Shown here in pieces: positions 9,376 through 18,727 of a stretch of DNA of 64,000 nucleotides. The notes below the pieces were generated by a model. The model saw nothing but the letters and a program-made list of their open reading frames with translations. It searched no databases and was not told the origin of the DNA. The DNA is taken from NCBI GenBank assembly GCA_049606035.1, contig JBMYVD010000004.1, positions 2,313 to 66,312 on the forward strand. Direction: 5' to 3'. Position 1 is the first letter of the stretch, and each line of letters opens with the position of its first letter. This DNA comes from Candidatus Poseidoniaceae archaeon. GTDB taxonomy: Archaea; Thermoplasmatota; Poseidoniia; Poseidoniales; Poseidoniaceae. The translations under genes and the position numbers were made by a program.

Positions 9376-9458
9376 GTCATTCCCTGTGAGGGGTGCCCTC
9401 GCGGACCTCTCATGAACCTTACTTCGCGAAATTTCTCCCTCCGATAGGCAAACTGTTC

Positions 9459-10997
9459 ATGAAAGAGAACACTACCCGGGGGTTGATGGCAACTATTGAA
9501 GAGGTCGTTGCGAGTTCTATGAGTATTAACTCAAGATTGCCTGCCCAACTTGAAAAAGCACTTGAGAGGAACATTGTTCTTAGAATCGGGTGGACAACAA
9601 ACGGCGACCCTGTTCCAAAAGATGGAGAAATGGGGCTATGTCCAAATCTACCTGCAGGATCAAAGGTACGAAGTCTAGGTTACCTCGGATCGTTCACAGC
9701 AGCATTTGGACAAGGTGGTTCATTCACTCACCAAGGCGATGTAGGCTCTTTCCTCGGTGCGGGAAACAATGGAAACAAAATCACTTGTGAGAGAACAGCA
9801 GGCAATTGTGCCGGTTTTGGCCAAAAAAGTGGTCGAATAACAATTCTTGACGGAACTGGAGATGATGCTGGTGCAAGGATGAGCGGAGGCTTGTTAGTGA
9901 TAAGAGGTGATTCTGGAATCAGAATCGGAGGTGGAATGTCAGGAGGTGACATAGTTGTCCACGGAGATGTTGGAGGTGACCCCGGTGCTGGTATGACTGG
10001 GGGGCGAATTATCATCAATGGACGTTGCCCAACCCCACCCCCAGGAGTCACTTTGAGGACACTGGATAAAGATGAACTCAAGAAGATTAACAAGGAACTT
10101 GGTGATGAGGGGTTACAAGTTCCGGCAGATGCTGTGTGCCTGGTTTCTGATGGTACAATCAGTGAAGGAATTATGGCAGATTGCAGAGACGACCTTTCTG
10201 GAATCTCAATTATTCCTATGACAACAAATCATAATCCTAGTTATTCTACATGTGATACTGTTGTTTTGCTTGGAGAGGAAGATTCACTCGCCCTTCCAAT
10301 TCCCTTGCTTCCCTATGTACCAAAGGGAGTTCAAGATGACTTATTCCACCCTTGTATTGTCAAGGAAAACCCTAGAGATTGCGACATTGTAATCATCGAC
10401 TCTAATAATATTGCAAGCGCTGCTGATTTGATTAAATCATCTGCAGGATTTGCGATTGATTTGGACTCACTTCCAAGGCTAGACGGAGCGGCTTTAGATG
10501 GACTACTTGTTGCACTAAAGTGTACCGCGCCCGCAAATTCGAAAGTAATTCTAGTCAGAGGAGTAGGACAAACTGCATCATTACATACAGACTCACAACA
10601 CCACGATGCAGATTGCGCTGTAAGCGTCCTAAATGATGGAAGTGGAATAAGTGCGGCTGCATCATTACCGATGGTGGGAAGGTCTGCTGCAACTAATTTA
10701 GAAGACGGCACTATAGCATCAATGTGGATTCCATGGTCTGCAACAAGTGAAGATTTGGCAATCCTTTGTGCCTCAAACGTGGCCTTCACAATTTGCCCTG
10801 CACCAGATGAGAATATTGCCGGATGGATTGCACAAGTCACATCCGGACTGTCCGCTCATCTTAACAGACTTGGCTTAGCTTCAATCGATTCACTGACAAG
10901 AGGTAACCTAAGAGCATTTGACCAAGATACAGCCGCTGTTAGTGGCCTAAGATTGGCTGGCTATGATAGGCCATTACCACACTGGTTCGCAAGGTGA
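9459..10997 (+). CDS. GXGXG-repeat (glutamate synthase alpha C-terminal / FwdC-like) domain protein with a C-terminal degenerate FMN-barrel-like region
   Basis: Beta-helix repeats GDVGSFLGAGNNGNKITCERTAGNCAGFGQKSGRITILDGTGDDAGARMSGGLLVIRGDSG..GGDIVVHGDVGGDPGAGMTGGRIIINGRC. The C-terminal 250 aa only loosely resemble glutamate synthase domain 2. The start is uncertain: GTG 9393, ATG 9459 or ATG 9486. Confidence 0.55.
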   Translation: MKENTTRGLMATIEEVVASSMSINSRLPAQLEKALERNIVLRIGWTTNGDPVPKDGEMGLCPNLPAGSKVRSLGYLGSFTAAFGQGGSFTHQGDVGSFLGAGNNGNKITCERTAGNCAGFGQKSGRITILDGTGDDAGARMSGGLLVIRGDSGIRIGGGMSGGDIVVHGDVGGDPGAGMTGGRIIINGRCPTPPPGVTLRTLDKDELKKINKELGDEGLQVPADAVCLVSDGTISEGIMADCRDDLSGISIIPMTTNHNPSYSTCDTVVLLGEEDSLALPIPLLPYVPKGVQDDLFHPCIVKENPRDCDIVIIDSNNIASAADLIKSSAGFAIDLDSLPRLDGAALDGLLVALKCTAPANSKVILVRGVGQTASLHTDSQHHDADCAVSVLNDGSGISAAASLPMVGRSAATNLEDGTIASMWIPWSATSEDLAILCASNVAFTICPAPDENIAGWIAQVTSGLSAHLNRLGLASIDSLTRGNLRAFDQDTAAVSGLRLAGYDRPLPHWFAR

Positions 10998-11001
10998 TAA
11001 T

Positions 11002-12669
11002 ATGCCAACGATTAGTGTAGAGCAATCCCTTCTTCGAAACCTTGTCGAAGCAAAAGGAAGAAAACACGATATCGATGACATTGCATTTCGACTACCCCTA
11101 ATGGGCACGGACATAGACAATTGCGATGAAGAAAAACTCGACATAGAAATCTTCCCTGACAGGCCAGATTTACTTTCTCCAGAAACTCTATTTCATGGTA
11201 TGATGCCATTCTTACATGACTCTCCACCAAACCCACGACTTGCAGTTAACCCGGGTACAATTTCGATGACAGTTTCTCCCGAATTGGCGAAAATAAGGCC
11301 TGTGATACTTGCCGCAGTAGTCAGAGGTGTTGACATTGATGATGATATAATCAAACGATTGATGGACCATCAAGAAAAGTTACACTTTGCACTAGGAAGA
11401 GGACGAAAACGAGCATCGATTGGCGTACATGATCTTTCAACTATTTCTCCACCATTCAGAGTCGAGGCTGCGCCAAGGAGCCTGTCATTCATCCCCCTCG
11501 CAAAGGAAGAAGAAATGACAATTGATGAAATCTTGAAATCACATCCTAAAGGCATAGATTATGCTCACCTTTTGGAAGGTATGGACAAAGTGCCAATAAT
11601 TTACGATTCAAATGATGCAGTATTGTCTTTCCCACCAATCATCAACGGCGACCATACAACAGTCACAACAAAGACACGCGATTTATTCATCGATGTTACA
11701 GGCTTAGATTTCCGGGCATGTGAATCAGCATTGATGTTAGTTTGCTTACAACTATCAGTTTTGGGTGGCAAAATAGAATCGGTGAGAGTCACGACATGTG
11801 AAGGAAAAGAATGGAGCTTAAACGGCTCCCCTGTTGAGCACATAGTTGAGAGGCAGTTGGTAGAAGGAATCCTTGGAAACTCATTCACCGACGATGAAAT
11901 TGACAAAGCCATCCGCAGGATGGGAGGGATTTACAACGGTGATTCTGGAGGAAATCTCTCAATTTCTATGCCAAGGTGGAGATTTGACATACTTCACCCA
12001 ATCGATTTGGTAGAAGAAGTTGCTATAGGACATGGTTATGATGACCTCGCATATGATGTGCCGAAAGCACCGCTAACCGCGATACCTCGCCAGGATGGCC
12101 ATTTACGACGTAGAATTAGAGAAGCGCTTCAAGGTCTTGGCCTAATTCAAATCCAATCTCTAACCCTATCTAACGACAAAGACCAGTTTGAAAACGTGAG
12201 GTGGAAGCCTGATGGGGAAATTACTCGCATGACAAACCCAATTACCATTGAACACACAATACTTCGACAGAACATACTTCCTGGCTTGTTGAGGCTTTTA
12301 GCGGCCAACCGCCATCATGAACTTCCACAGGGAGTCTATGAGTTAGGAAGCGTTGTAGTAAATCATCAAAATCGGGATAAGTTTGCTTTCCTCGTAGCAG
12401 AAAATTCTGGCGGTTTTGCATCACTGCGCAGTCGTATTCAAGCGCTAATGAGAGATCTTGGCTGCACTGACTGGACGCTCGAACCAATAGAAAACGGCCC
12501 TTGGTTAACAGGAAGAGCGGCCAACATTGTCATCAAAGGAACAGTTGTTGGCGAATGCGGAGAAATAGACCCAAATGTCTCGGAGATATTCGAACTGAAT
12601 GTTCCAATGAGCGGCGCACAACTTGACGTATCAATAATGACCAGTGTACTGAGCGACCCTGTTTTTTAG
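11002..12669 (+). CDS. pheT: Phenylalanyl-tRNA synthetase beta subunit (archaeal type)
   Basis: MPTISVEQSLLRNLV... N-terminus, about 555 aa, with an archaeal PheT B3/4-B5 style layout. The ATG at 11002 lies 4 nt after the upstream stop. Confidence 0.8.
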   Translation: MPTISVEQSLLRNLVEAKGRKHDIDDIAFRLPLMGTDIDNCDEEKLDIEIFPDRPDLLSPETLFHGMMPFLHDSPPNPRLAVNPGTISMTVSPELAKIRPVILAAVVRGVDIDDDIIKRLMDHQEKLHFALGRGRKRASIGVHDLSTISPPFRVEAAPRSLSFIPLAKEEEMTIDEILKSHPKGIDYAHLLEGMDKVPIIYDSNDAVLSFPPIINGDHTTVTTKTRDLFIDVTGLDFRACESALMLVCLQLSVLGGKIESVRVTTCEGKEWSLNGSPVEHIVERQLVEGILGNSFTDDEIDKAIRRMGGIYNGDSGGNLSISMPRWRFDILHPIDLVEEVAIGHGYDDLAYDVPKAPLTAIPRQDGHLRRRIREALQGLGLIQIQSLTLSNDKDQFENVRWKPDGEITRMTNPITIEHTILRQNILPGLLRLLAANRHHELPQGVYELGSVVVNHQNRDKFAFLVAENSGGFASLRSRIQALMRDLGCTDWTLEPIENGPWLTGRAANIVIKGTVVGECGEIDPNVSEIFELNVPMSGAQLDVSIMTSVLSDPVF

Positions 12670-13592
12670 GCGATCAGGAGTTCTCTTTCATTGATTTCAA
12701 CTTCGATGGTTTCGTAGTAAACTAAAATCTCGATTGAGCATGGCCCATTACAGAGGTTGATTTGGTTCTCAAACAACTGTATGGTTTCATTGGAATTCCA
12801 ATGATCTTTGTCCATATCATCAGAAACAATCTTGCAAGGCGATGGTACTACTAAATCAGGGTCATTTAGAGCAGGGAAATTGGACTCTCCAATTGCTGCA
12901 ATTTGCATCGTAGGATAGCGATTTTCATCCTGTTCATTGTAATAGGTTAGAAAATTTACTTTGAATGCCAGATCATCCTTAGCAAAGACGTACACTCCAT
13001 CGTTTGGATTAACTCGATGTACTGACATATCGTATGTGTACCATTCCAATCTTTCTGAAGTCTCATTGCTTAGGCCCTCAGGAACCTCGTTAATATCAGA
13101 CAATTCTGCACCTTCAATAAATGTCCAAGAAATTCCATCTGACAGATAGATATCTGTTGTTGAAAACTTCATCCAATAATCTGTGCTATTTGACTCCAAT
13201 TGGCCGGGTAGATTAAAATGGGTATATGATTCAGAGTCTGTTGCATCAATCTCTGTTGTAAATGTGAAACCGTCTGCACTTAACTTCGGAGTAACCTTAC
13301 CGTCCATGCCTTTAGAGTTGGATTGTGCACCGAACGAACATCCATATGATGTTTCATCGATGATCAGATTAATCTCAAGTGATGACCATGAGAGGTCTTC
13401 GGCATCTTCATCAAAACTCAATTTGACCAGTGAATTATCTTCTCTATTATCGCTTACTGAGTTTTCTGAGTCAACCAGTATGACGTTTGAGGTGCCCAAA
13501 TCGGACTCATATGTAGTGACCAAATAGGTCCAAACCGCCGCTGCAACAACAACTGTAACTGCTGCTGCAGCGGCTAGTTTTTTCCAATTCAT
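12666..13592 (-). CDS. Hypothetical N-terminally anchored or secreted acidic protein
   Basis: N-terminal hydrophobic segment MNWKKLAAAAAVTVVVAAAVWTYLV followed by acidic, beta-rich sequence. Its 3' end overlaps the pheT stop by 4 nt (convergent). I recognise no family. Confidence 0.6.
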   Translation of the reverse strand: MNWKKLAAAAAVTVVVAAAVWTYLVTTYESDLGTSNVILVDSENSVSDNREDNSLVKLSFDEDAEDLSWSSLEINLIIDETSYGCSFGAQSNSKGMDGKVTPKLSADGFTFTTEIDATDSESYTHFNLPGQLESNSTDYWMKFSTTDIYLSDGISWTFIEGAELSDINEVPEGLSNETSERLEWYTYDMSVHRVNPNDGVYVFAKDDLAFKVNFLTYYNEQDENRYPTMQIAAIGESNFPALNDPDLVVPSPCKIVSDDMDKDHWNSNETIQLFENQINLCNGPCSIEILVYYETIEVEINERELLIA

Positions 13593-13598
13593 ACGGGA

Positions 13599-15572
13599 TC
13601 ACAGCTCGTTATCTAGACGCTTTCTTGCGAAAAGGACTGCGCCCAATGTTGCAAGAATTGCTGTTAGTCCTAGGAAGCCAGGTGTATTATTGTCTTCCTT
13701 GTCATCCTTGTCCTCATCGACCACTGCTGGTTCTGCTCCACCGTCGCCGACTATTACCTTACCAAACATCTCTACACCGATGTGTGGTTCACATGCGTAG
13801 TAGAATGTGGTGTCTTCGGTAAAGGTGTGGTGGAAATCTACTGTCTTTGCAGCAGCACCGGAATATACACCGTTTTCCACGTATGTGGTTGACTTCAATC
13901 CTGCAACTTCTTTCACGTTGTGTGCCATAGATTCATCTGTCCACTTCCAGCAAACTGTTTCACCAACTGCGATTGTTGTGGATGCTGGAGTGAATCCGTA
14001 TCCATCAGAGGTGATTCCAATTGTTGCGGCGCAGACAACCTCTGGTTCTTCTGGTTCAGTTGGCTCATCTGCTGGTGGCAAGATTACCTTGTCAATAACG
14101 TGGATTACACCATTGCTTGCTGGAACGTCAGCAAGCACTACAGTTGCTCCCTCCGCTCCAACGGTTACCACTCCTTCAGCAACAGTGACGGTGAGTTCAT
14201 CACCGTTTGCTGCTGTGACGGTGTTTGCACCGTCTGCGAGGTCAGTGGATGCGATTTCTCCCGCAACGACGTGGTATAGTAAGATGTCAGCAAGTGCTGC
14301 GATCTCTTCTTCAGTATCGTAATCTGATAGGTTGATACCAGCTGCTGCGAATGCCTCGTCGGTTGGTGCAAAGACGGTGTAGTTGTCGTTCCCAGACAAT
14401 GTGTCAACTAGTCCTGCAACACCTAGAGCTGCTACTAGGGATGTGTGGATTGAAGTAGCAGCCGCAGTTTGTGGAATCTTGACTGCAGCGGTCCATGTGT
14501 AAGCCCCACATACTGCTTCGCTTACTTCAGAAATTTGGTGTGTCACGGTATTGTAACAACCAGTGTAGTTTTGGCCGTTCATCTCAGTGTTGTTTAGGTA
14601 CATGTATCCTTCACAAGTTGCTTGGTCTGCACCAGGAACGATTGTGTGAGTTTCAGTATTGTAACAAATCTCAGGTTCTGCTGGCATCAGTACCTTATCG
14701 ATCACATGTATTACACCGTTGCTAGCAACAACGTCTGCTTGTGTTACTAATGCATCGTTTACAATTACACCACCCGGTGTAACACCAACTCTAACCTGTT
14801 GTCGGTTCAGCATGGTTACAAATTGACCATCACTTAGGTCACCGGACAGCACAGCGCCAATGGTGACGTGATAAGAGAGAATGTTACTTAGAACAGAAAT
14901 GCCATCCTCATCTGTAAAGTCAGAGAGGTTTATTCCTGCGTCGATGAATGCTTGGTCAGTTGGTGCAAATATTGTGTATGGCCCGTCATCAGATAGAGGA
15001 TATAGTAGGCCTGCTTGAATGATTGCGTCAACCAAGACATCGTGCACACCAGTGCTAGATGCAATTGTTGGAATATCACCAGGGCCGTCTTCAGGAGGCA
15101 GTAGAACCTTGTCAATTACGTGGATAACCCCGTTGCTTGATACAACGTCAGCTGTTGTAACTGTAGCGTCGTTGATAGTGACATTGTCACCGACTCCGAT
15201 GGTAACATTGTCACCGTTCAGAGTCTCTACGCTCATACCGTCTGTTAGAGCAGAGGATAGGACCTCGCCGGAAATGACGTGGTAGGTTAGGATATCTACC
15301 AATGTTTGGTTTGCTTCATCTGTGTTGAAGTTTGCCAAATCGATTCCTGCGTCTGTAAACGCTTGGTCAGTTGGCGCAAACACAGTGAACGGGCCATTGC
15401 CAGATAGTGTGTCTACAAGACCAGCGTGGGCCAGTGCAGCGACCAAGGAATTGTGATTCCCTGTTTCAGATGCGTTTGTTGGTATGTCTTTGGTTTCATC
15501 TGCTGTTACTGAAAGCGGTATTGCGGACAATAGCAACAGGGCAATTAGTGCGGTTGAGAGTCTTCTCTGCAT
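13599..15572 (-). CDS. Surface protein: three fasciclin (FAS1) domains, a Cys-pair linker, a type-1 copper cupredoxin domain and a PGF-CTERM anchor signal
   Basis: Three repeats of FT(V/I)FAPTD(Q/E)AF...SNGVIHVIDKV(L/I)(L/M)P. Cupredoxin ligand pattern AHN...YYACEPHIGVEM (C-X2-H-X4-M). C-terminus TPGFLGLTAILATLGAVLFARKRL. Start set to the ATG at 15572 (MQRRLSTALIALLLLSAIPLSVTA); a TATATA box lies about 26 nt upstream of it. Confidence 0.85.
   Translation of the reverse strand: MQRRLSTALIALLLLSAIPLSVTADETKDIPTNASETGNHNSLVAALAHAGLVDTLSGNGPFTVFAPTDQAFTDAGIDLANFNTDEANQTLVDILTYHVISGEVLSSALTDGMSVETLNGDNVTIGVGDNVTINDATVTTADVVSSNGVIHVIDKVLLPPEDGPGDIPTIASSTGVHDVLVDAIIQAGLLYPLSDDGPYTIFAPTDQAFIDAGINLSDFTDEDGISVLSNILSYHVTIGAVLSGDLSDGQFVTMLNRQQVRVGVTPGGVIVNDALVTQADVVASNGVIHVIDKVLMPAEPEICYNTETHTIVPGADQATCEGYMYLNNTEMNGQNYTGCYNTVTHQISEVSEAVCGAYTWTAAVKIPQTAAATSIHTSLVAALGVAGLVDTLSGNDNYTVFAPTDEAFAAAGINLSDYDTEEEIAALADILLYHVVAGEIASTDLADGANTVTAANGDELTVTVAEGVVTVGAEGATVVLADVPASNGVIHVIDKVILPPADEPTEPEEPEVVCAATIGITSDGYGFTPASTTIAVGETVCWKWTDESMAHNVKEVAGLKSTTYVENGVYSGAAAKTVDFHHTFTEDTTFYYACEPHIGVEMFGKVIVGDGGAEPAVVDEDKDDKEDNNTPGFLGLTAILATLGAVLFARKRLDNEL
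13602..13685 (-). other. PGF-CTERM archaeosortase-type sorting signal (coding)
   Basis: An acidic linker (DEDKDDKEDNN) precedes TPGF, a hydrophobic helix and RKRLDNEL at the extreme C-terminus. Confidence 0.75.
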
Positions 15573-15592
15573 TGCTCCGCAACGAATTGCGT

Positions 15593-15603
15593 TAGTATAT
15601 ACC
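15593..15603 (-). promoter_or_regulatory. TATA-box-like element for the FAS1-cupredoxin gene
   Basis: The minus strand reads GGTATATACTA, centred about 26 nt upstream of the ATG at 15572. This would fit a leaderless archaeal transcript. Confidence 0.35.
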
Positions 15604-15656
15604 ATTTTGTTTCGATACGCATTCTAAAACCGTGACACTTAGCATAAATGCGCTCC

Positions 15657-15668
15657 ATTATTATGTAT
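15657..15668 (+). promoter_or_regulatory. TATA-box-like element for the 790-aa surface protein gene
   Basis: ATTATTATGTAT is centred about 25 nt upstream of the ATG at 15686, in an 80-113 nt divergent intergenic region. Confidence 0.3.
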
Positions 15669-15685
15669 GAAGCCTTAGACTGGAT

Positions 15686-18058
15686 ATGCGCCGGTGGTTG
15701 GTTGTAGTTCTCGTGGCACTTATGCTACCTACAATACCAGGTAGCGCAGATCAAGATCCGTTCAACTTCTACATTGAAGATGAGATAGTTGCACATCCAG
15801 GCGAGACTGTTCAACTTCGTATTGCATGGCAGAACATTGTAGGGACTGCAAGACATTTTTCAGTCTCAGTCAATAGCACTGGGGTTAACTTGACCGTGAG
15901 TGACCTACCAACAGATTGGACTAGAGTAGCATCAGGTAGACTCGGAGAGATGCTAATCAATGTAACAGTAGCACCTGACTCAAATTTCGAAACACAATCA
16001 TTCAGTTTGGATTTTCTCTGTCAAGAAGTCGAAAATTGGAGTCTTACACACAACGTAGATGTCCTAATCTCCAAATGGTCGAACATTAGGTTCGGTTCTA
16101 ACGATGGATCGGAGTTCTATGTTTTACAGGATGTAAGAACCGGTTTCGCAATCAATGTAAGCAATCAAGCAGACTACAATGATACCGTAAAATTGAGATT
16201 CAACACTCAAACAAACTGGGAGTATGGGTTTGATGATGATTTGAATAATGACGGCGAATTATTGATCGACTTGCAATCTGGCGACTATGAGTTCATCAAC
16301 TTCTACATACAAACCCCTCCTATCGTTAATGGTGGACCATTAGCAGGAACTGGCCCACAATTTTCACTAGAAGCAGTCTCAAATTTGGATAGGAGGGTAA
16401 GTTCATGGAACTTTAGCCTTAGAATGGAGACCTATCACAATATGACTATAGATGTTGTTGAAGACAACTTAACCATCGAACCTGGGGACAACGAGCGGCT
16501 TGAGGTTATTGTAAGGAATAATGGCAACACTGCCACGTACCTCGATGCAGGTTTACTCTATGGAGATTCCAGAGAAGACCGTTTTGAAATCGACAATTGG
16601 ACAGTTGCAATATTCAATGCCTTTGAATTTCAACCTCTTGAACCAAATGAATCTAGAGCTATAGAAATAGGATTCAACGCTCCTAATATCAATCTTGGTT
16701 CCGTTGATTTGGAACTTGATATTATGCCGCAGTCATTCCCGCAAAGATCGACTTCTGTGGAAATTTCATCATCGATAGATTGGCAAAAAAATGGTAGTTT
16801 AAGCAAAATTGGAGACTCATGTGCAGAGGTTGAATGGAACCAAACCTGTCAACAATTAATTCAAATTGAGAACACAGGGAACTTCTTTCAAGACTACAAG
16901 TTAGAAATTCTTGATTATAGTGGAATGAATTTCGAAATAACACAAGAAACAATTGGACTTTCAAGAAGCCAAAAGAGCATAGAAATCCCGTTGAACATCA
17001 CCCCGTTTGAAAATGCAGAAGCATTCACCACTGGCTCTGCTGAATTAGTCCTAAGATTAACTGATGGTACGTTAGTAGATTCATTGGACATTTCGTCCAA
17101 GACTGCACCAAGAGTGTTTTGGGTATGGGAAGATTCCGCTACATCGGTTAGTAACGGAAGACTAGAAATGGCAATAACAATGAGGAATGATGGCAATACC
17201 GCTGATGGTTTGGTGGTTAGAATGACTTCTTCATACTTCACAGAGATGAGTTTCATCCCTCCCAACAACGCTATCGTTGAGGATGGTTCTAAGAACATAC
17301 GTTCTTTCGAAATCATCGATATTGACAAAGGGGCTAATTTTACATTCAGAGCCTGGGCAAAGATACCTGATAACCAAAATTCAGCCGATGATTTCTACAT
17401 TAACATAACAGCGCATAGTCGCCTTGCTGATGACAAGCCATTCAGATTCACTGCCAATACATCATTCGACGCAGCCATATCAAACAACGATAATCAGGAA
17501 GGCATCGTAGACTCAATTGGTGATATTGTTTCGACGATTTTTGCTGTCATCTGGGCGTGGAAATGGATTGCTATTGCTACTGTAGCGAGTGGGTTGATGA
17601 TAAACAAATCAATCAGAGACCGTAGAGCAAGGCTTGCGGATATGGAATTGATGAATTCACAACAAAATGGAGAGCAAAAACCGGATGATTGGATGGCAGA
17701 ATTCGCTACCAAAAAACAGCCAACCCCAGAAATTGCTCAATCACCTCAAATTCCTTCTGCTGTGTTTACTGGTATGTTCCAAGCGGTTGGAGGTGGACAA
17801 AAGCCAGTTGCAGAACCTGTTGATTCAAGGCTGGTTGGTGCTGCAAGTACGGTATTAGACCATCATGATACAGTTGCTACAAAATCAAAACTAGATGATT
17901 TGGTAGAGAATCTAGCAACAGGAAATGTCAGTACCCCCCACATGGCAAATGTTGCATTACCTAACAACATTATTCCAGTAACAGAAAGAACTGTTCCAAA
18001 GCCTAAGGCAAATGTTTCAGTTCCAACAATGCTCGATTTGGACGACCTCGATTTGTGA
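15686..18058 (+). CDS. Hypothetical surface protein with CARDB-like beta-sandwich repeats, one C-terminal TM and a 170-aa cytoplasmic tail
   Basis: Signal peptide MRRWLVVVLVALMLPTIPGSA. Repeats VIVRNNGNTATYLD, IENTGNFFQDY and MRNDGNTADGLVV. TM segment FAVIWAWKWIAIATVASGLMI. The tail ends in LDLDDLDL. Confidence 0.7.
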   Translation: MRRWLVVVLVALMLPTIPGSADQDPFNFYIEDEIVAHPGETVQLRIAWQNIVGTARHFSVSVNSTGVNLTVSDLPTDWTRVASGRLGEMLINVTVAPDSNFETQSFSLDFLCQEVENWSLTHNVDVLISKWSNIRFGSNDGSEFYVLQDVRTGFAINVSNQADYNDTVKLRFNTQTNWEYGFDDDLNNDGELLIDLQSGDYEFINFYIQTPPIVNGGPLAGTGPQFSLEAVSNLDRRVSSWNFSLRMETYHNMTIDVVEDNLTIEPGDNERLEVIVRNNGNTATYLDAGLLYGDSREDRFEIDNWTVAIFNAFEFQPLEPNESRAIEIGFNAPNINLGSVDLELDIMPQSFPQRSTSVEISSSIDWQKNGSLSKIGDSCAEVEWNQTCQQLIQIENTGNFFQDYKLEILDYSGMNFEITQETIGLSRSQKSIEIPLNITPFENAEAFTTGSAELVLRLTDGTLVDSLDISSKTAPRVFWVWEDSATSVSNGRLEMAITMRNDGNTADGLVVRMTSSYFTEMSFIPPNNAIVEDGSKNIRSFEIIDIDKGANFTFRAWAKIPDNQNSADDFYINITAHSRLADDKPFRFTANTSFDAAISNNDNQEGIVDSIGDIVSTIFAVIWAWKWIAIATVASGLMINKSIRDRRARLADMELMNSQQNGEQKPDDWMAEFATKKQPTPEIAQSPQIPSAVFTGMFQAVGGGQKPVAEPVDSRLVGAASTVLDHHDTVATKSKLDDLVENLATGNVSTPHMANVALPNNIIPVTERTVPKPKANVSVPTMLDLDDLDL

Positions 18059-18066
18059 GTGGTATA

Positions 18067-18702
18067 ATGAAAATTGGAGTTGATGAAGCAGGCAGAGGCT
18101 CGGTCATCGGTCCTTTGGTAGTTTGTTCATTTGCTAGTATTTCTCAAACTGAACTCATTGAATTGGGAGTAAAAGATTCGAAAGACCTCAGTAAAAAGAA
18201 GAGGGAGGAATTGTATCAAATACTGGTCAAAATGCCACACACCGTCATAATTTGCGAACCAAAGCGAATTGACATTTCACCAAATCTCAATCAACTTGAA
18301 GTCGAGTTATTTGCTGAATCGCTCTCGGTCATGCCTGATGGAGAAATTATGCTAGACGCATGCGATGTAGATGCTGCAAGATTTGCTAGAAATGTCTCAG
18401 CCCTGTCAAATCGAGATTGTAAAGCCGAACACAAGGCGGACGAAAACCATCCTGAAGTAAGTGCAGCAAGCATAATTGCAAAGGTGACGCGCGATAATTG
18501 TGTTAAGCAATTGTGTCAAGACTTGAAGATGGATTTGGGTAGTGGTTATCCCTCGGATCCAAAAACCAAATCTGCTGTCAAGATTCTTTCTGCCGGAGAT
18601 TATCCTCATGATTGCCTTCGTTGGTCATGGAAAACGGTAAGTGACGCTAGAGGAAGTCCTGTTCCACCACGTCCGGATGGACCTCAACAGACCTTGTTTT
18701 GA
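18067..18702 (+). CDS. rnhB: Ribonuclease HII
   Basis: MKIGVDEAGRGSVIGPLVV catalytic motif, about 211 aa. An alternative GTG at 18055 overlaps the upstream stop. Confidence 0.9.
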   Translation: MKIGVDEAGRGSVIGPLVVCSFASISQTELIELGVKDSKDLSKKKREELYQILVKMPHTVIICEPKRIDISPNLNQLEVELFAESLSVMPDGEIMLDACDVDAARFARNVSALSNRDCKAEHKADENHPEVSAASIIAKVTRDNCVKQLCQDLKMDLGSGYPSDPKTKSAVKILSAGDYPHDCLRWSWKTVSDARGSPVPPRPDGPQQTLF

Positions 18703-18727
18703 ATAACTAAGAGCCCTACGGATTGAC

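Noticed and set aside
13807-14322. 171-aa plus-strand ORF antisense to the FAS1-cupredoxin gene. Similar cases are 10331-10840, 28415-28930, 53286-53732 and 9728-10093.
   Set aside because: All lie wholly inside well-supported genes on the opposite strand and translate to biased, motif-free sequence.
17494-18058. The C-terminal LDLDDLDL of the 790-aa protein as a functional acidic di-leucine or clathrin-box-like signal
   Set aside because: It occurs only once, in a generally acidic proteome, and no archaeal machinery is known for such motifs. Evidence is insufficient.
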